Of a stretch of DNA of 64,000 nucleotides, positions 42,601-51,947 are shown piece after piece. This DNA is from Nitrosopumilus sp. (GTDB taxonomy: Archaea > Thermoproteota > Nitrososphaeria > Nitrososphaerales > Nitrosopumilaceae), in assembly GCA_965204345.1 (NCBI GenBank), contig OZ241981.1, positions 128,001-192,000 on the forward strand, written 5' to 3'. The translations under genes and the position numbers were made by a program. The notes beneath the pieces are model-generated. The model was not told the DNA's origin. It made no database searches and saw only the letters and a program-made list of their open reading frames with translations. Positions within the stretch are counted from its first letter, which is position 1, and each line of letters begins with the position of its first letter.

Positions 42601-44295
42601 TGGAGTGGCACCATTGCCGTTCCAACCCTTGTTACTGCTGGCACTGCTGTTGATCCTCCAGCCTCAAATGACGAGATAGGACTGGCATTCTCAGTCGGTG
42701 ATGGCAACACCAGATTAACATTTGATCAGGCAGTCAGGTTACTCTTGCCTGGCCAGGCAGACCATGAGGGAGCCTTTTTCTCAGGAGAGGATACAGATGG
42801 CAACGTGATATCACGATCACTGGTTGTGTGTCCGTTTGTTCCTGTCAATCAGACTACTGCCAATGACAATATTGGAGCTGGCACTGCGTTGGAATCCTGT
42901 TTTGTTCGTGATGCTCCTGATATGATCATCTGGACCACGCACTTTAGCTCATTTGGCTCATTCTCTACGGTTCCTGTAGACCCTACACCATCCACACCTT
43001 CTAGTAGCCGCAGTAGTAGTGGTGGCGGTGGCGGTGGTGGCGGTGGCGGTGGCGGTGGTGGCGGTGGCGGTACCTCCTCCTCCTCCTTCAGCGGCTCATC
43101 TGCTGCAAACAATGCCTCCGAAGCTGTTTTGTACGACGTACAGTGGGATGTCTGTGAGGCAAACACAATCAACGTAATAGCTGGTCCTGTAACTGACAGT
43201 CTCTCTGTAAAGCTTAGAACCAACGCAGGCATAATCACGGCAGAACGCTCTGATGAGCAGCCCTATACTGGAAGAATCTCATTTGATGCAAGCCTCTCAC
43301 CAAACGAGTCATTTGTACGCGTACATGTGGAAAATATCGCAGCAAGGGGAATATCAACTGATTCAAAGTCATTTAACCTCACCGAGTGTTCTGGTTCTGT
43401 ATCTGTAAACACATACGAGTTATCATCATCGCCTGTTATTACCGGTGGCAGTGCAGATGTAACACCTGATCTGCCATCCAAAAAAGCGGATTTCTCAGAT
43501 GACATTATCATGCCAGGCCCCATCCAAGTACAAACGCCTGACATAATACGTGAGTTCCTCAACGACTTTGCAGATATTACCAATACTAACACGGGTATGA
43601 AACTCACTGAATTCCAGACACTGCAATCAAACCCTGACAGATATGCCAAGACCGTCCTGGGAATCAGCGGACAGACAGTTACCACAGTTGCATTGGCAGA
43701 CAGACCCATCTCAGAGGAGAGTAACAACAACAGTGCAAACCTCTTCTTGCAAATCTCATCCAATGGTGAGAAGGTCAACTCCATGAGGGGCGTTCTCTTG
43801 GGAGGTGACACCATTGAGATTGTGGCAGGAGACAAAAGTAAGATCATCGTTCCAACATCTGCAGAAATTGCAATTGCATCTGGGGATGCAAACGTGACAG
43901 TATCTCAAAAATCAAGCATGAAAATTAATGACGGATCAACGCAGGTTGATCTGCCAGACGTGCTCAGAGAATTCCTAAATACCAACATTGAATTTACAAA
44001 CGAGGATACCGGTGAGGCACTAACGCAATACGTGGTGTTGCAGTCAGTACCAGATGTGTTTGCAGAAAAAGAACTTGGAATCTCAGGACAAACCGTAACT
44101 ATCATCGCGTTCCCAGACAGGTATGGCAGAGCAGACAGCAATGATGACCTGAATGTCTTTGTACAGTTTACGCACACTGATGAGCAGGTCAACTCTTTGA
44201 GAGGCATCCAGCAGGGCGGCAACGCAATCAGCGTTAGCACCAACGGCGCTGAGCAGGGAACACTGACACAGACAGTAGAGATTCCGCTGGGCTAG
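36622..44295 (+). CDS. giant secreted protein: SPLxQ module, Ala/Thr linker, gluzincin-type metalloprotease, jelly-roll, HYR x3, Ig-like (Big) repeats, poly-Gly linker, duplicated C-terminal domain
   Basis: signal peptide; LHEFGH (38587) and AWTEGWANF; HYR and FTATFxEDV...DLAGNPN repeats. Confidence 0.88.
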   Translation: MPTLSMAGIAVSGFLVLVAVMMIMAVMMPAHAATSDSPLDQHHAGIPIDGIQCNDGKLLMVNLAGKPVCVTGDSAMKLGDGGSSGSSIYATTAHTPETSQKANEPLSEKITSQTDTHVFTDKEKQIIADYKKSSILSSPGILIHSYSLDLSESPKVGQTAMINFTGIYTDNTNFEPYMEPFTLKVFANPGDKVLFHDDAVTNAGSDDPTIFVPFDNKVGYVVDEPVPGRAYTVMVTVEILEEGFIEIDALRFDSLESRGGVYLAISDEYSISENEYMDEGHTFLDHIILARASSSESFAPQEDSGLGNEARSEDEIVDEVLTDKRVAEIYANHLRLLGEIVVNDIGKVNDDLIGWLADKSLPLDDVKIILRHSNFTQAQVDDVMERYEADYTGPPDMTDGEATAAAAATTVVAAAATTTTTTADGSPTDTAAAPAFPVAATQEASVGAAEDSSSNTFSIEGTVSAQLYLSRTTQPINGIEVCAYDQLGSTRSALTVLLTTEGEDACTFTSNRGEYRIDSIQNDDPDDESNVDLVIRVSSRGSNDLVVHGISGVYIESSTRVLNFSDDTRMFDFVLNGRDARASGIINAISDGRDFFSHHGIPPEELTVKWEYRRLASVFPDYTRNNAGYILSANTIFLSSFPSIADNALHKDLILHEFGHYIMDIQGVFPFLLRCYTDLNNDGDFDDIGETSHYLQHPTNRTCAWTEGWANFVPNLVTNSSSFDSTPFGIINLEQDRQQLTTNNFIDFLPVDDFDLIGELVEGQVAGALWDIKDHNVDEIFDNLEQSSNGTNLDNLQLGDDEIIDVFKNGRYHNFRDFYAAWEDTEYDSSSDIMRLHHMNFAIPNDLPPPSNIVTDSFNTLDNWSQSGASCSVRISEICFNTLDHWSQSDNDMWEINSAHKTIPDSASDNTVATSSNCGSACFITLNQPLDIREPLVVSFDRFVDRRINSDEGLYVQYMTDSRWVTLAQYTGMNGNNTDNWHSEALTLSLRDQSQTLLRFVADSSGDNEFVEIDNFNISPLPFTFTAGFTTEFVITLYFPVGHDTNFTASDFSLSEGAINSISVSRNGEILRMFTSGIPYSTPVTVTYVGSDFGFDGSDSQSRPTATVTNFGRPDRSTFADITLRNGETRTVSVSAPNADHGPVSWDLLEAPDFVSISRTGNGTADVIISPHNATVGTYLVRVFAEVVSFSGRSIDIHVTIDDGDDNTDPPDTTNPVITAPADLTVEATDIRTPVNTGTASAADNSGPSPDITHDAPPDNFPLGPTTVTWTATDAAGNTATATQTITVQDTTPPAIQKPEDITEEATSSLTAIQLADPTVTDIFPFTINSNATASFPLGDTIIAWTATDESRNISTTTSTVTLVDTTPPTIVQPAPITVDATAELTPVSISAPAATDTVDSGVVVAVTDSNTASFAVGTHNVVWTATDDSGNTATLTQTVTVRDAVPTDPPDNPDTVTLTVSVATTAGDLTNLATVPFTATFNKDVVFDLGDITVTGTANDGNPTASNLGRTGSIYTFDVARGSTDGTVTVSIDANALTDSAGNPNTASAPVTVTIDTLAPAVSVTSSAGSRTGLDTVPFTVEFNEDVENFVLDDITVTGDANGGTLAATGFETVDARTYTFNVAGISSDGTVTVSVAADVAADLAGNPNTASAPVTVTVDTTVPSVSLDTTAADPTNSEVIPFTAIFSGNVTGFERSDIVVAIDGTQVSNSEISLDLGGENSVVVSIGSTQASDSLITAFNVINGTHYNFAVTHGITTDGKLAVSIPDGVVAGGNTGAVHTITVDMVNPSVSITPADGTTITGDDPVTFTATFDEDVENFELDDITIAGTANGGTPTASNINGEGSVYTFNVARGSTDGTVTVSIGAGMAADLAGNPNEASNSVTVTISTTGDEIEADIPSGGDGGVVTYEPSSNLITLNVVSDTLPDTIIATDGQLLDFNATPTFADDAASGVKSVRISDSTTEVITDVSDSQTVSVTYPAGIVVNGSSNDWSGTIAVPTLVTAGTAVDPPASNDEIGLAFSVGDGNTRLTFDQAVRLLLPGQADHEGAFFSGEDTDGNVISRSLVVCPFVPVNQTTANDNIGAGTALESCFVRDAPDMIIWTTHFSSFGSFSTVPVDPTPSTPSSSRSSSGGGGGGGGGGGGGGGGGTSSSSFSGSSAANNASEAVLYDVQWDVCEANTINVIAGPVTDSLSVKLRTNAGIITAERSDEQPYTGRISFDASLSPNESFVRVHVENIAARGISTDSKSFNLTECSGSVSVNTYELSSSPVITGGSADVTPDLPSKKADFSDDIIMPGPIQVQTPDIIREFLNDFADITNTNTGMKLTEFQTLQSNPDRYAKTVLGISGQTVTTVALADRPISEESNNNSANLFLQISSNGEKVNSMRGVLLGGDTIEIVAGDKSKIIVPTSAEIAIASGDANVTVSQKSSMKINDGSTQVDLPDVLREFLNTNIEFTNEDTGEALTQYVVLQSVPDVFAEKELGISGQTVTIIAFPDRYGRADSNDDLNVFVQFTHTDEQVNSLRGIQQGGNAISVSTNGAEQGTLTQTVEIPLG
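37824..37890 (+). repeat. (GCA/ACA)n trinucleotide tract, poly-Ala/Thr linker
   Basis: gcaacagcagcagcagcagcaacaacagtagtagcagcagcagcaacaacaacaacaacaacagca. Confidence 0.9.
39191..39289. repeat. 33-bp direct repeat (1 mismatch) around a 33-nt insert
   Basis: gttttaacacgcttgac(a/c)attggagtcaatctg at 39191-39223 and 39257-39289. Confidence 0.95.
43021..43071 (+). repeat. (GGT/GGC)17 poly-glycine linker
   Basis: ggtggcggtggc... flanked by Ser runs. Confidence 0.95.
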
Positions 44296-44349
44296 CCTTT
44301 CTTCCTCCTTTGCCATTCTCGCTATCTTCAGGTATTTTTGATCCATTAT

Positions 44350-44530
44350 ACTGCAAGGCAGTTTTTGGGTCAGGTAAATTCTGACTAGCGAAATTTGACA
44401 GTAAACTGCAAAAGAGACGGTTTTCTTAAAAAAAGAATTGCATATTCTGGCCATTAAAAAATCCCAAAAGAGGTGCAATACTAGATCTCTCAGATTTGTG
44501 GCATAAAACACCAAAACTTATCAGAACTCC
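44350..44530 (-). repeat. dispersed repeat copy
   Basis: reverse complement gttctgataagttttggtg...gggattttttaatg...aagaaaaccgtctc matches the 36430-36597 copy. Confidence 0.65.
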
Positions 44531-44832
44531 AACTCACCCCTTGAGAATTAACACTGGGAATACCGCACGCTCATCACTTTTTTTAGAAATCCTTGGAAAC
44601 CTAGAAAAGTTAGACCCAGAGTAATAATGCATCCGTCATATTCAATAGGTGCGATGAGAATGATATGCAGACATTGAAGAAAGTCCTCGGATACCTGCTT
44701 GCAAGAACCCATCGACAAGATGGCTACACATCAAAATGACACCAAGATTGAACAGTGTACATAAGACAAACTTTGTCTGCACACCAACCAATTGCATGTC
44801 TGACTTTTGCATGTTTTCTCGATTCTGCTTAG

Positions 44833-45678
44833 TTGAAATACTGGCTTTTATCTGTCATAAACATGAATGGATTCATTTTCATTTTGCCCTTGCTGGCCGT
44901 ATTGGCAGCAGGCTCCCCGCTGTCTTTGGTTTTTGCTGAAACTTTTGATATCAAAATACCCTTTGGTGCATCCGACCCTAATGCCCCTTTCTTTTGGTCT
45001 GAAACATCCACAGGCATTACCACTGGCAAAATTACTGTTTATCCAGGAGATTCAGTCACCTGGCATAATGCAGACACTGCCTTTCACACTATAACTTCTG
45101 TTACTCCCTCTGGTGAGGAAGATGGCCTTTTTGATAGTGGCTTTTTTACTGCTGGCAAGTCATACACTAAACAATTTGATGATCCGGGGGATTTTTACTA
45201 TTACTGCAGTCTCCACCCTTACATGAGTGGGATAGTCCATGTTGTGACAAATAAGGGAACCGTGCAATCCATCCCCAATGTTGGTTCCGGGTATGGCGAG
45301 GATGGCTTGGGCTTTGAGGTAAAATACATTCTTGACGCCAATTTGCAAAAAGACGTACATGTAAATCCTGATGATAAAAGCCTGACCTTTAGAATTTCAG
45401 GTTTGAGCGCTAGTGAGCAGATTACAATCATGCTTCCTGCCGGACTAATTGAAAACCCAAACATTGTCCTTGTTGATGGCACAAATACGTCTTTTGAAAA
45501 ATCCCCAATCCCTGCTGGCTCACAAATGATATTTTCTCTTTCTGCGGGCTCTCAAGAGATTAAAATAATTGGAACAAAGGTAATTCCAGAATTTGGATTT
45601 TTGGCATTGACCGTACTAAGCATTGGCCTTGTTTCAACATTGTTTTTGGCACGCTCTAGGCTGTCTCTTATCAGATGA
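44833..45678 (+). CDS. blue-copper (cupredoxin) protein with PEFG-CTERM anchor
   Basis: HTITS...YYCSLHPYM type-1 Cu ligands; IPEFG + TM helix + basic tail. Confidence 0.92.
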   Translation: MKYWLLSVINMNGFIFILPLLAVLAAGSPLSLVFAETFDIKIPFGASDPNAPFFWSETSTGITTGKITVYPGDSVTWHNADTAFHTITSVTPSGEEDGLFDSGFFTAGKSYTKQFDDPGDFYYYCSLHPYMSGIVHVVTNKGTVQSIPNVGSGYGEDGLGFEVKYILDANLQKDVHVNPDDKSLTFRISGLSASEQITIMLPAGLIENPNIVLVDGTNTSFEKSPIPAGSQMIFSLSAGSQEIKIIGTKVIPEFGFLALTVLSIGLVSTLFLARSRLSLIR

Positions 45679-45881
45679 CATTCCTTACATTTGTGAGTGT
45701 TTTTTGTATTTTTTAAATAAATTTTAGATATTCATGACGCTGCTGTTTTATGTCGCCTGGTGTGTTATGCTGTGAGGACTTCTAGTTTGGCAGGCATAAT
45801 GGAAAATTTGAGCTTCCCCTCCACGAACTCAAATATTTCACTGCCATTCTAAGACGACTCTGTCTCTCTCTCTCTTTTTCC

Positions 45882-46682
45882 TTACAGCACTGTCTGTCTC
45901 TTGAGACTTTTTGTAAATGATGCAATTTTTGCTTCCAGCTTTTTTTGAGGTGTCTTTTCAATTAACTCTAGATATGCACTTCCAACAATTACTGCATCTG
46001 CACCTGCGTTGACGTATCTTCTTACATCCTGCGGCGTTGAAACTCCAAACCCGATTCCTATTGGAATGTCTCCCTTGGTCTGTCTTTTGATTTGTCTTAT
46101 TGCATCTAGCGTGTATTTCTTGATTCTGGTTTTTACCCCGGTTGTACCAAACACTGCAACCAAGTACAAAAATCCGGATGTTGCTTTGGATATTTTTTGA
46201 ATTCTTGCCTTCTCTGTATTTGGAGATATTAGAAATATGGTATCTGTCTTGTCTTTTGCGGCGTTTAGATACTCTTCTGACTCTTCAATGGACATGTCAG
46301 GCAGGATAAATCCGTCAATGCCTGCATCTTTGGCATCTGTGACGAATTTTGCATATCCCTTGTGGTATAGGATGTTTGTATATGTCATTAGCACTAGTGG
46401 GATGTCTGTCTCTTTTCTAATCTTCTTGACAAGATTGAAAAACTTTGCAATTTCCGTTCCTTTTTCTAGTGATACCGTGCTTGCATTTTGAATAACCGGT
46501 CCGTCTGCTAGAGGATCTGAAAACGGAAAACCCAATTCAATAATGTCTGCTCCCCCCTTTATGAGCCCCCTCACTGCAGATAACGTGGATTTTTCATTGG
46601 GAAATCCTGCCATGATGTATGAGACTAGGGCCTTTTCATTTTTTGACTCCAATTCCGTAAATTTTTCCTTAATTCTTGACAT
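45882..46682 (-). CDS. trpA: tryptophan synthase alpha
   Basis: [23 protein letters not shown]. Confidence 0.97.
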   Translation of the reverse strand: MSRIKEKFTELESKNEKALVSYIMAGFPNEKSTLSAVRGLIKGGADIIELGFPFSDPLADGPVIQNASTVSLEKGTEIAKFFNLVKKIRKETDIPLVLMTYTNILYHKGYAKFVTDAKDAGIDGFILPDMSIEESEEYLNAAKDKTDTIFLISPNTEKARIQKISKATSGFLYLVAVFGTTGVKTRIKKYTLDAIRQIKRQTKGDIPIGIGFGVSTPQDVRRYVNAGADAVIVGSAYLELIEKTPQKKLEAKIASFTKSLKRQTVL

Positions 46683-47859
46683 GTTTATTCAGATAATTCT
46701 GTACTTCCTCAATGTCCTTGTCTCCCCTTCCCGAAAGCGTCACTACAATTGATTCAGACTTTTTGCTTTTTCTTGCAACCTTGACTGCCTCTGCTATTGC
46801 ATGTGATGATTCTAGTGCGGGTATTATTCCCTCAGTTCTTGTTAGCATTACAAATGCATCTATGACTTCTGCATCCGTTGCCGCATGGTACTTGACTCGC
46901 TTTGTATCCTTATAGTAAGAGTGCTCAGGGCCTACTCCCGGATAGTCCAATCCTGCTGAGATACTGTGTGTCTCAGTTACCTGTCCCTCTTTATCTTGCA
47001 ATAGGTATGTTAGCATTCCATGCAAAACACCCTTGCTTCCAGATGACAGTGTAGCCGAATGCATTTTTGATTTTAATCCATGGCCTGCAGCTTCTACTCC
47101 GATAATTTGGGAATTTGAGTCAACTAGTGGGTAAAACGTGCCAATTGCATTAGAACCTCCCCCCACACATGCAATTACCGTATCTGGCGTCTTGCCATTA
47201 ATTTTTTTCATTTGTGACTTTATTTCATTTCCAATCACGCTTTGAAAGTCCCTGACCATTACAGGATACGGGTGCGGTCCGACTGCTGATCCTAGCAAGT
47301 AATATGTGTTTTTTACATTTGTAATCCAGTCACGAATTGCCTCATTAATTGCGTCCTTGAGTGTCTGTGAGCCTGATTTTACCGGGTGAACTGCGCATCC
47401 AAGCATACTCATTCGGAAGACATTCTGTTTTTGTCTGACTGTATCCCTATACCCCATGTATACCTCAGCCTTCATTCCCAATGCAGCACATGCCATTGCA
47501 GTTGCAACACCATGCTGACCTGCACCCGTCTCTGCAATGATTCTTTTTTTGTTCATTTTTTTTGCAAGCAATGCCTGACCCAGGGTATTGTTTATTTTGT
47601 GAGCCCCCCCATGGAGCAGATCCTCCCTTTTTAGATATATTTTAGCACCCCCTAGCTTTTCAGACAGATTTTTTGCATAGTATAGCGGCGTTGGCCTGCC
47701 TGCATAGCTTTTTAGATGACAGTCTAATTCCTTTTTGAATTTTCTGTCACTTTTGATTTTTAGATAGTTTTCTTCCAACTCTTCGATTGCCGGAACTAGC
47801 GTTTCGGGAATATATCTTCCACCAAATTCTCCAAACCTTCCGTTTTTAGGATACCTCAA
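46669..47859 (-). CDS. trpB: tryptophan synthase beta
   Basis: [25 protein letters not shown]. Confidence 0.97.
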   Translation of the reverse strand: MRYPKNGRFGEFGGRYIPETLVPAIEELEENYLKIKSDRKFKKELDCHLKSYAGRPTPLYYAKNLSEKLGGAKIYLKREDLLHGGAHKINNTLGQALLAKKMNKKRIIAETGAGQHGVATAMACAALGMKAEVYMGYRDTVRQKQNVFRMSMLGCAVHPVKSGSQTLKDAINEAIRDWITNVKNTYYLLGSAVGPHPYPVMVRDFQSVIGNEIKSQMKKINGKTPDTVIACVGGGSNAIGTFYPLVDSNSQIIGVEAAGHGLKSKMHSATLSSGSKGVLHGMLTYLLQDKEGQVTETHSISAGLDYPGVGPEHSYYKDTKRVKYHAATDAEVIDAFVMLTRTEGIIPALESSHAIAEAVKVARKSKKSESIVVTLSGRGDKDIEEVQNYLNKHVKN

Positions 47860-48638
47860 TATGCATTCACCAATTTTTTTACCTGCTCTTCAATGTTGTC
47901 ACTTTTCATTATGCTTGATCCTACAAGAAACGCACTTGCCCCACACTTTTTTAAATACCGGATGTCCTCAGACGTGCTGATTCCGCTCTCAGACAACACC
48001 GGTCTGGTACACTGATTATCCTCAAGAATATTTTTACTAGTCTCAAGATCAATTTCTAGCGTATCCAAATTCCTATTGTTAATTCCGATAAGATCAGCTC
48101 TTGTATTTAGCGCATTTTGCAGTTCTTGCCTTGTATGCACCTCAAGCAGTATTTTTAATCCCTGCCTGTGTCCATAGCCTATGAACTCATCAATCTCTGA
48201 GAGGAATTTTTGATCATACAGCGACTGAATAACTAGCATATAGTCTGCTCCCATCCTTTTTGCAGCGTCTACTTGGATTGTATCAATCATGATGTCCTTC
48301 ATTAGCATTGGCACATCTGTTGCTCTTCTAACCTTCATGAAATGTTCAGGTGATCCATGAAATAGATGTGGCTGTGTCAAAACTGATAATGCCCTTGAGC
48401 CTCCCGCAATCATCTGATTTGCGATTTTTACAGGATCTGCCAACGTTCTGATTTTGCCTAGTGAGGGGGATGCAAATTTCACTTCTGTGAGCAGTGTTGC
48501 ATGCGGGTTTGTTCTGATTGTTTCAATGAAATCCTTGGATGATCTTTGCAAATTCGCACTAATGTCATACACCCCATCATCAACTGCCATTTGAGAGTTG
48601 TTTACCAGTCTTCGTAGGATATTTTCAGCCATCTGCAA
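47856..48638 (-). CDS. trpC: indole-3-glycerol phosphate synthase
   Basis: [27 protein letters not shown]. Confidence 0.96.
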   Translation of the reverse strand: MQMAENILRRLVNNSQMAVDDGVYDISANLQRSSKDFIETIRTNPHATLLTEVKFASPSLGKIRTLADPVKIANQMIAGGSRALSVLTQPHLFHGSPEHFMKVRRATDVPMLMKDIMIDTIQVDAAKRMGADYMLVIQSLYDQKFLSEIDEFIGYGHRQGLKILLEVHTRQELQNALNTRADLIGINNRNLDTLEIDLETSKNILEDNQCTRPVLSESGISTSEDIRYLKKCGASAFLVGSSIMKSDNIEEQVKKLVNAY

Positions 48639-49671
48639 CCTCCCTTAATTTTACAGCGTCTCCCGTATCTTGCACAAATTTTTCCAGTAATGAAAATGCC
48701 CTGCCGTCTCTTATAGTATTTAATGCCAATTCCACTGCTTCCTCAAAAGTATTGCAAACATCTGCAACAATTAGGCCCCCTGCAGCATTTAATGCCGTAG
48801 TCTCAATCATTGGCTGGTTGGCAGTGCCATTTAGCACTCTTACAAATGATTTTGCTGCCTCTTCTTTGGTTCTAATCTGAATGTTCTGCAAGGATGATTT
48901 GTGCAGCCCTACTGCCTCTGGATCAACTGTCTTTCTCAGAATTTTACCATTTTTTAACACACATACGCGGTTTGTTGCACTTGTGGAGAACTCGTCCATT
49001 CCGTCATCTGAACGCACCGTCATGACATTTTCAGCACCCCTTCTTTTTAGAATTAATGGCAACCTGTCTAGGTATTCACTGGAGAATACGCCTATTAGTT
49101 GGTTTCTGACTCTTGCCGGATTTGATAACGGGCCCAGCAAGTTAAATGCGGTCCTTTTCCCAATCTGTTTTCTAGCTGCTGAAACATGTTTCATTGCAGG
49201 ATGGAATTTTTGTGCAAACATAAAGCAGATATTGTGCCTTTGCAACGTCTCTGCAATCTTTATTGGCTCCAAGCTCAAATCATATCCAAAATATTCAAAA
49301 ATATCCGCACTTCCAGAAACCCCCGAACTTGAGCGGTTTCCGTGCTTGGCCACCGTACCTCCAGCTGCTGCCACAACAAATGATGCAGTTGTAGAGATGT
49401 TAAATGTCTGCAGTCTGTCCCCTCCCGTACCGCACATGTCTATGACTGTTCCCTTGTTTTTGACCCCGATCTTTAATGAAAATTCTTGCATCTTCTCAAG
49501 CATGCCCAACAGCTCATCATCTGTCTCTCCTTTTTCTGCAAGTGCTGATAGGAAACTCGCATTTTGAGCATCATCTGTCTTGCCCGTTAGCATTTTTGTC
49601 ATGACCTGGTTTATCTCATCGTATGTCAGATCTGTTTTTTTCTGCAGTTTTGCAATCAAATCCAAAATCAT
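48625..49671 (-). CDS. trpD: anthranilate phosphoribosyltransferase
   Basis: DMCGTGGD, KHGNRSSSG, GMDE. Confidence 0.96.
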   Translation of the reverse strand: MILDLIAKLQKKTDLTYDEINQVMTKMLTGKTDDAQNASFLSALAEKGETDDELLGMLEKMQEFSLKIGVKNKGTVIDMCGTGGDRLQTFNISTTASFVVAAAGGTVAKHGNRSSSGVSGSADIFEYFGYDLSLEPIKIAETLQRHNICFMFAQKFHPAMKHVSAARKQIGKRTAFNLLGPLSNPARVRNQLIGVFSSEYLDRLPLILKRRGAENVMTVRSDDGMDEFSTSATNRVCVLKNGKILRKTVDPEAVGLHKSSLQNIQIRTKEEAAKSFVRVLNGTANQPMIETTALNAAGGLIVADVCNTFEEAVELALNTIRDGRAFSLLEKFVQDTGDAVKLREVADG

Positions 49672-50264
49672 CTCCTCTTCTCCTTTACTTGGCTTATGAA
49701 ATTCCCCAGAATTTTTTTGCCGTCTTCAGTCATTATTGACTCTGGATGAAATTGCACGCCCTGAATGAGGTATTCTTTGTGCTCAATGGCCATGACCTCG
49801 TTATCATCAGATGCCGTTGCTATTACTTTTAATACTTTTGGGATTTCTGTTCTGTCTCCGACCAGACTGTGGTATCTGGTTGCTCTAAACGGGTTTCTTA
49901 CGCCTGCAAATAGTTTTGATTCCTTATAACTGACAGGACTTGTTTTCCCGTGTCTTACATGTCCTGCATTTGTTACCTTGCCTCCAAACGCATCAATAAT
50001 CCCCTGATGTCCCAAGCATACCCCTAAAATTGGCATCTCTGATCCCATATCCTTGATTACCTTGGAGCATACCCCAAAGTATTTTTCATCTTCGGGGGTT
50101 CCGGGACCTGGCGAGATTATTACTGCATCGTAATTTTTTTCCTTGATTTCTTGCAGCGTAATCCTGTCATTTCTAATCACATCACATGTTACTCCTAGTT
50201 CTCCTAAATATTGTGCAATGTTGTATACAAAGGAATCATAGTTGTCTATAATTAAAAACTTCAA
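49668..50264 (-). CDS. trpG: anthranilate synthase component II
   Basis: IDNYDSF, SPGPG, GVCLGHQ, QFHPES. Confidence 0.96.
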   Translation of the reverse strand: MKFLIIDNYDSFVYNIAQYLGELGVTCDVIRNDRITLQEIKEKNYDAVIISPGPGTPEDEKYFGVCSKVIKDMGSEMPILGVCLGHQGIIDAFGGKVTNAGHVRHGKTSPVSYKESKLFAGVRNPFRATRYHSLVGDRTEIPKVLKVIATASDDNEVMAIEHKEYLIQGVQFHPESIMTEDGKKILGNFISQVKEKRR

Positions 50265-51610
50265 CCTGATGACTCCTTTAGTGCCTGAAGCATTGCATCT
50301 GCCTTGTGTTCTGTTTCCTTGAATTCGTTTTCTGCAACAGAGTCTGAAACAATTCCTGCTCCTGACTGGAGAAAACCCTTGCCGTCTTCTATGAATATGC
50401 TTCTAATGGCTATTGCAAAATCACAGCATCCGTTATATGAAAAATAGCCTACAGCTCCCGCGTATGGTCCCCTTGCCTCTGTTTCTAATTCGTCTATGAT
50501 CTGCATTGCCCTCACTTTTGGTGCCCCTGACACTGTTCCTGCCGGAAATACTGCCTCAAACGCATCAAACATGTCTTTTTCAGGCGCTAAATTCCCTACC
50601 ACATGGCTTACAATGTGTTGGACATGACTGAACCGCTTGATCTCCATTAGTGATTCTGGATGAACCGTTCCATATCTGCATACTCTGCCAATGTCGTTTC
50701 TGCCCAAATCAACTAGCATTGTATGTTCTGCCAACTCCTTTTCATCATGAATTAATTCCTCAGATAATCTTTTGTTCTTTTCTTCATCATCTGTAATTTT
50801 TCTAGTTCCTGCAATTGGAAATGTTTCTACCCTGTCCCCTGTAATCCTAACTAGCATTTCAGGTGATGCCCCAATTATTGTCTTGGTGTTTTGTTTTAAG
50901 TGATACATGTATGGTGATGGATTTAGCTTCCTTAGTGTTTTGTATAGCGTCAAGTCATCTCCCACCGCATCAAATGTAAATTTTCTAGACAGTACCACTT
51001 GAAAAATATCCCCATCATGAACGTATTTTTTTGCTTTGTTTACCATCTCTGAATATTTCTCCTTGTCCATATTTGCAGTCACATCGCCTGAATCAAAGTC
51101 TCCAAAGGAACCATCACTCATAACCAATTCATTGAACCTGTTTTTATCATAGTAAAAATAAAATAATTTCTCACGAATCTGATCATATATTATGCCGTCA
51201 TCATAAATCCCAAATTCCATTAATGGCTGTGGTGAATTGTGATTATCTGCAATGTCCTCTACTAGTCTAACTGCATCATAGTTTACTACTCCTACAGCTC
51301 CTCCCAGATACCTGTATTTCTGATTGTCTGACTTTGCCAATATCTTTTTTAGTTCTGAAAACGGTTCTGATGTTTTAATGGTTTGCGTGTTGCCATCCTC
51401 AATAATCTCTACTTTGTCTGAGTAGCCCTTTAGAATTATTTTAGGATCAAATCCCATCACTGATGTCTCAGCTAGTGCTTCTGGGCCTGTTAGTGATTCA
51501 AAGAGAAACGAATGCAAGTAATTTCTTGATATTTTGTTATAAATTTGAAATTGGTTTTCAGACAAGTCTAGTGGTACTACTTTTGCCTGAATATTTCCAA
51601 AGGTGTCCAC
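50261..51610 (-). CDS. trpE: anthranilate synthase component I
   Basis: GDIFQVVLS, EHTMLVDLGRND, GTVSGAPK. Confidence 0.96.
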   Translation of the reverse strand: MDTFGNIQAKVVPLDLSENQFQIYNKISRNYLHSFLFESLTGPEALAETSVMGFDPKIILKGYSDKVEIIEDGNTQTIKTSEPFSELKKILAKSDNQKYRYLGGAVGVVNYDAVRLVEDIADNHNSPQPLMEFGIYDDGIIYDQIREKLFYFYYDKNRFNELVMSDGSFGDFDSGDVTANMDKEKYSEMVNKAKKYVHDGDIFQVVLSRKFTFDAVGDDLTLYKTLRKLNPSPYMYHLKQNTKTIIGASPEMLVRITGDRVETFPIAGTRKITDDEEKNKRLSEELIHDEKELAEHTMLVDLGRNDIGRVCRYGTVHPESLMEIKRFSHVQHIVSHVVGNLAPEKDMFDAFEAVFPAGTVSGAPKVRAMQIIDELETEARGPYAGAVGYFSYNGCCDFAIAIRSIFIEDGKGFLQSGAGIVSDSVAENEFKETEHKADAMLQALKESSG

Positions 51611-51707
51611 CCATAGACAGATTTTTGATGGCTTGTTATTTAAAGTGATGAGGTGGTGTCAGTTGCCTACTTTTACCTGATCTTTTTGCCACTCAGGCAT
51701 AAACTAT

Positions 51708-51724
51708 TACCGTATAGTACGGTA
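51708..51724. promoter_or_regulatory. palindromic putative operator TACCGTA-tag-TACGGTA
   Basis: perfect 7-bp inverted repeat next to TATA-like tttatag, between divergent trpE and the small Zn-finger gene. Confidence 0.5.
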
Positions 51725-51749
51725 CCTTTATAGTCAGGTTCGTTGTAGT

Positions 51750-51947
51750 ATGATTGCCATGCCAGGGGTAAATCAAACAATCATGCAAGACATGCTGATT
51801 CTAAAAAAGCAAACAGCATCCACTACAGTAAGCAAGGTTGAATGCTATGTTTGTGGCAAGGGATTGCAGGACGGTCATTCCATTACTGCAAGAACGCTGC
51901 CAAATGGAATAGCCTTGTTCTGTGATGTCCACTATTATCAACAATAA
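51750..51947 (+). CDS. small Zn-finger-like protein (start uncertain)
   Basis: CYVC...FCDVH; last codons derive from the insert at 51937. Confidence 0.7.
   Translation: MIAMPGVNQTIMQDMLILKKQTASTTVSKVECYVCGKGLQDGHSITARTLPNGIALFCDVHYYQQ

Noticed and set aside
45661-45677. ctgtctcttat resembling the Tn5/Nextera mosaic end
   Set aside because: Only 11 nt match and it is in-frame coding (LSLIR) at a normal PEFG-CTERM end.
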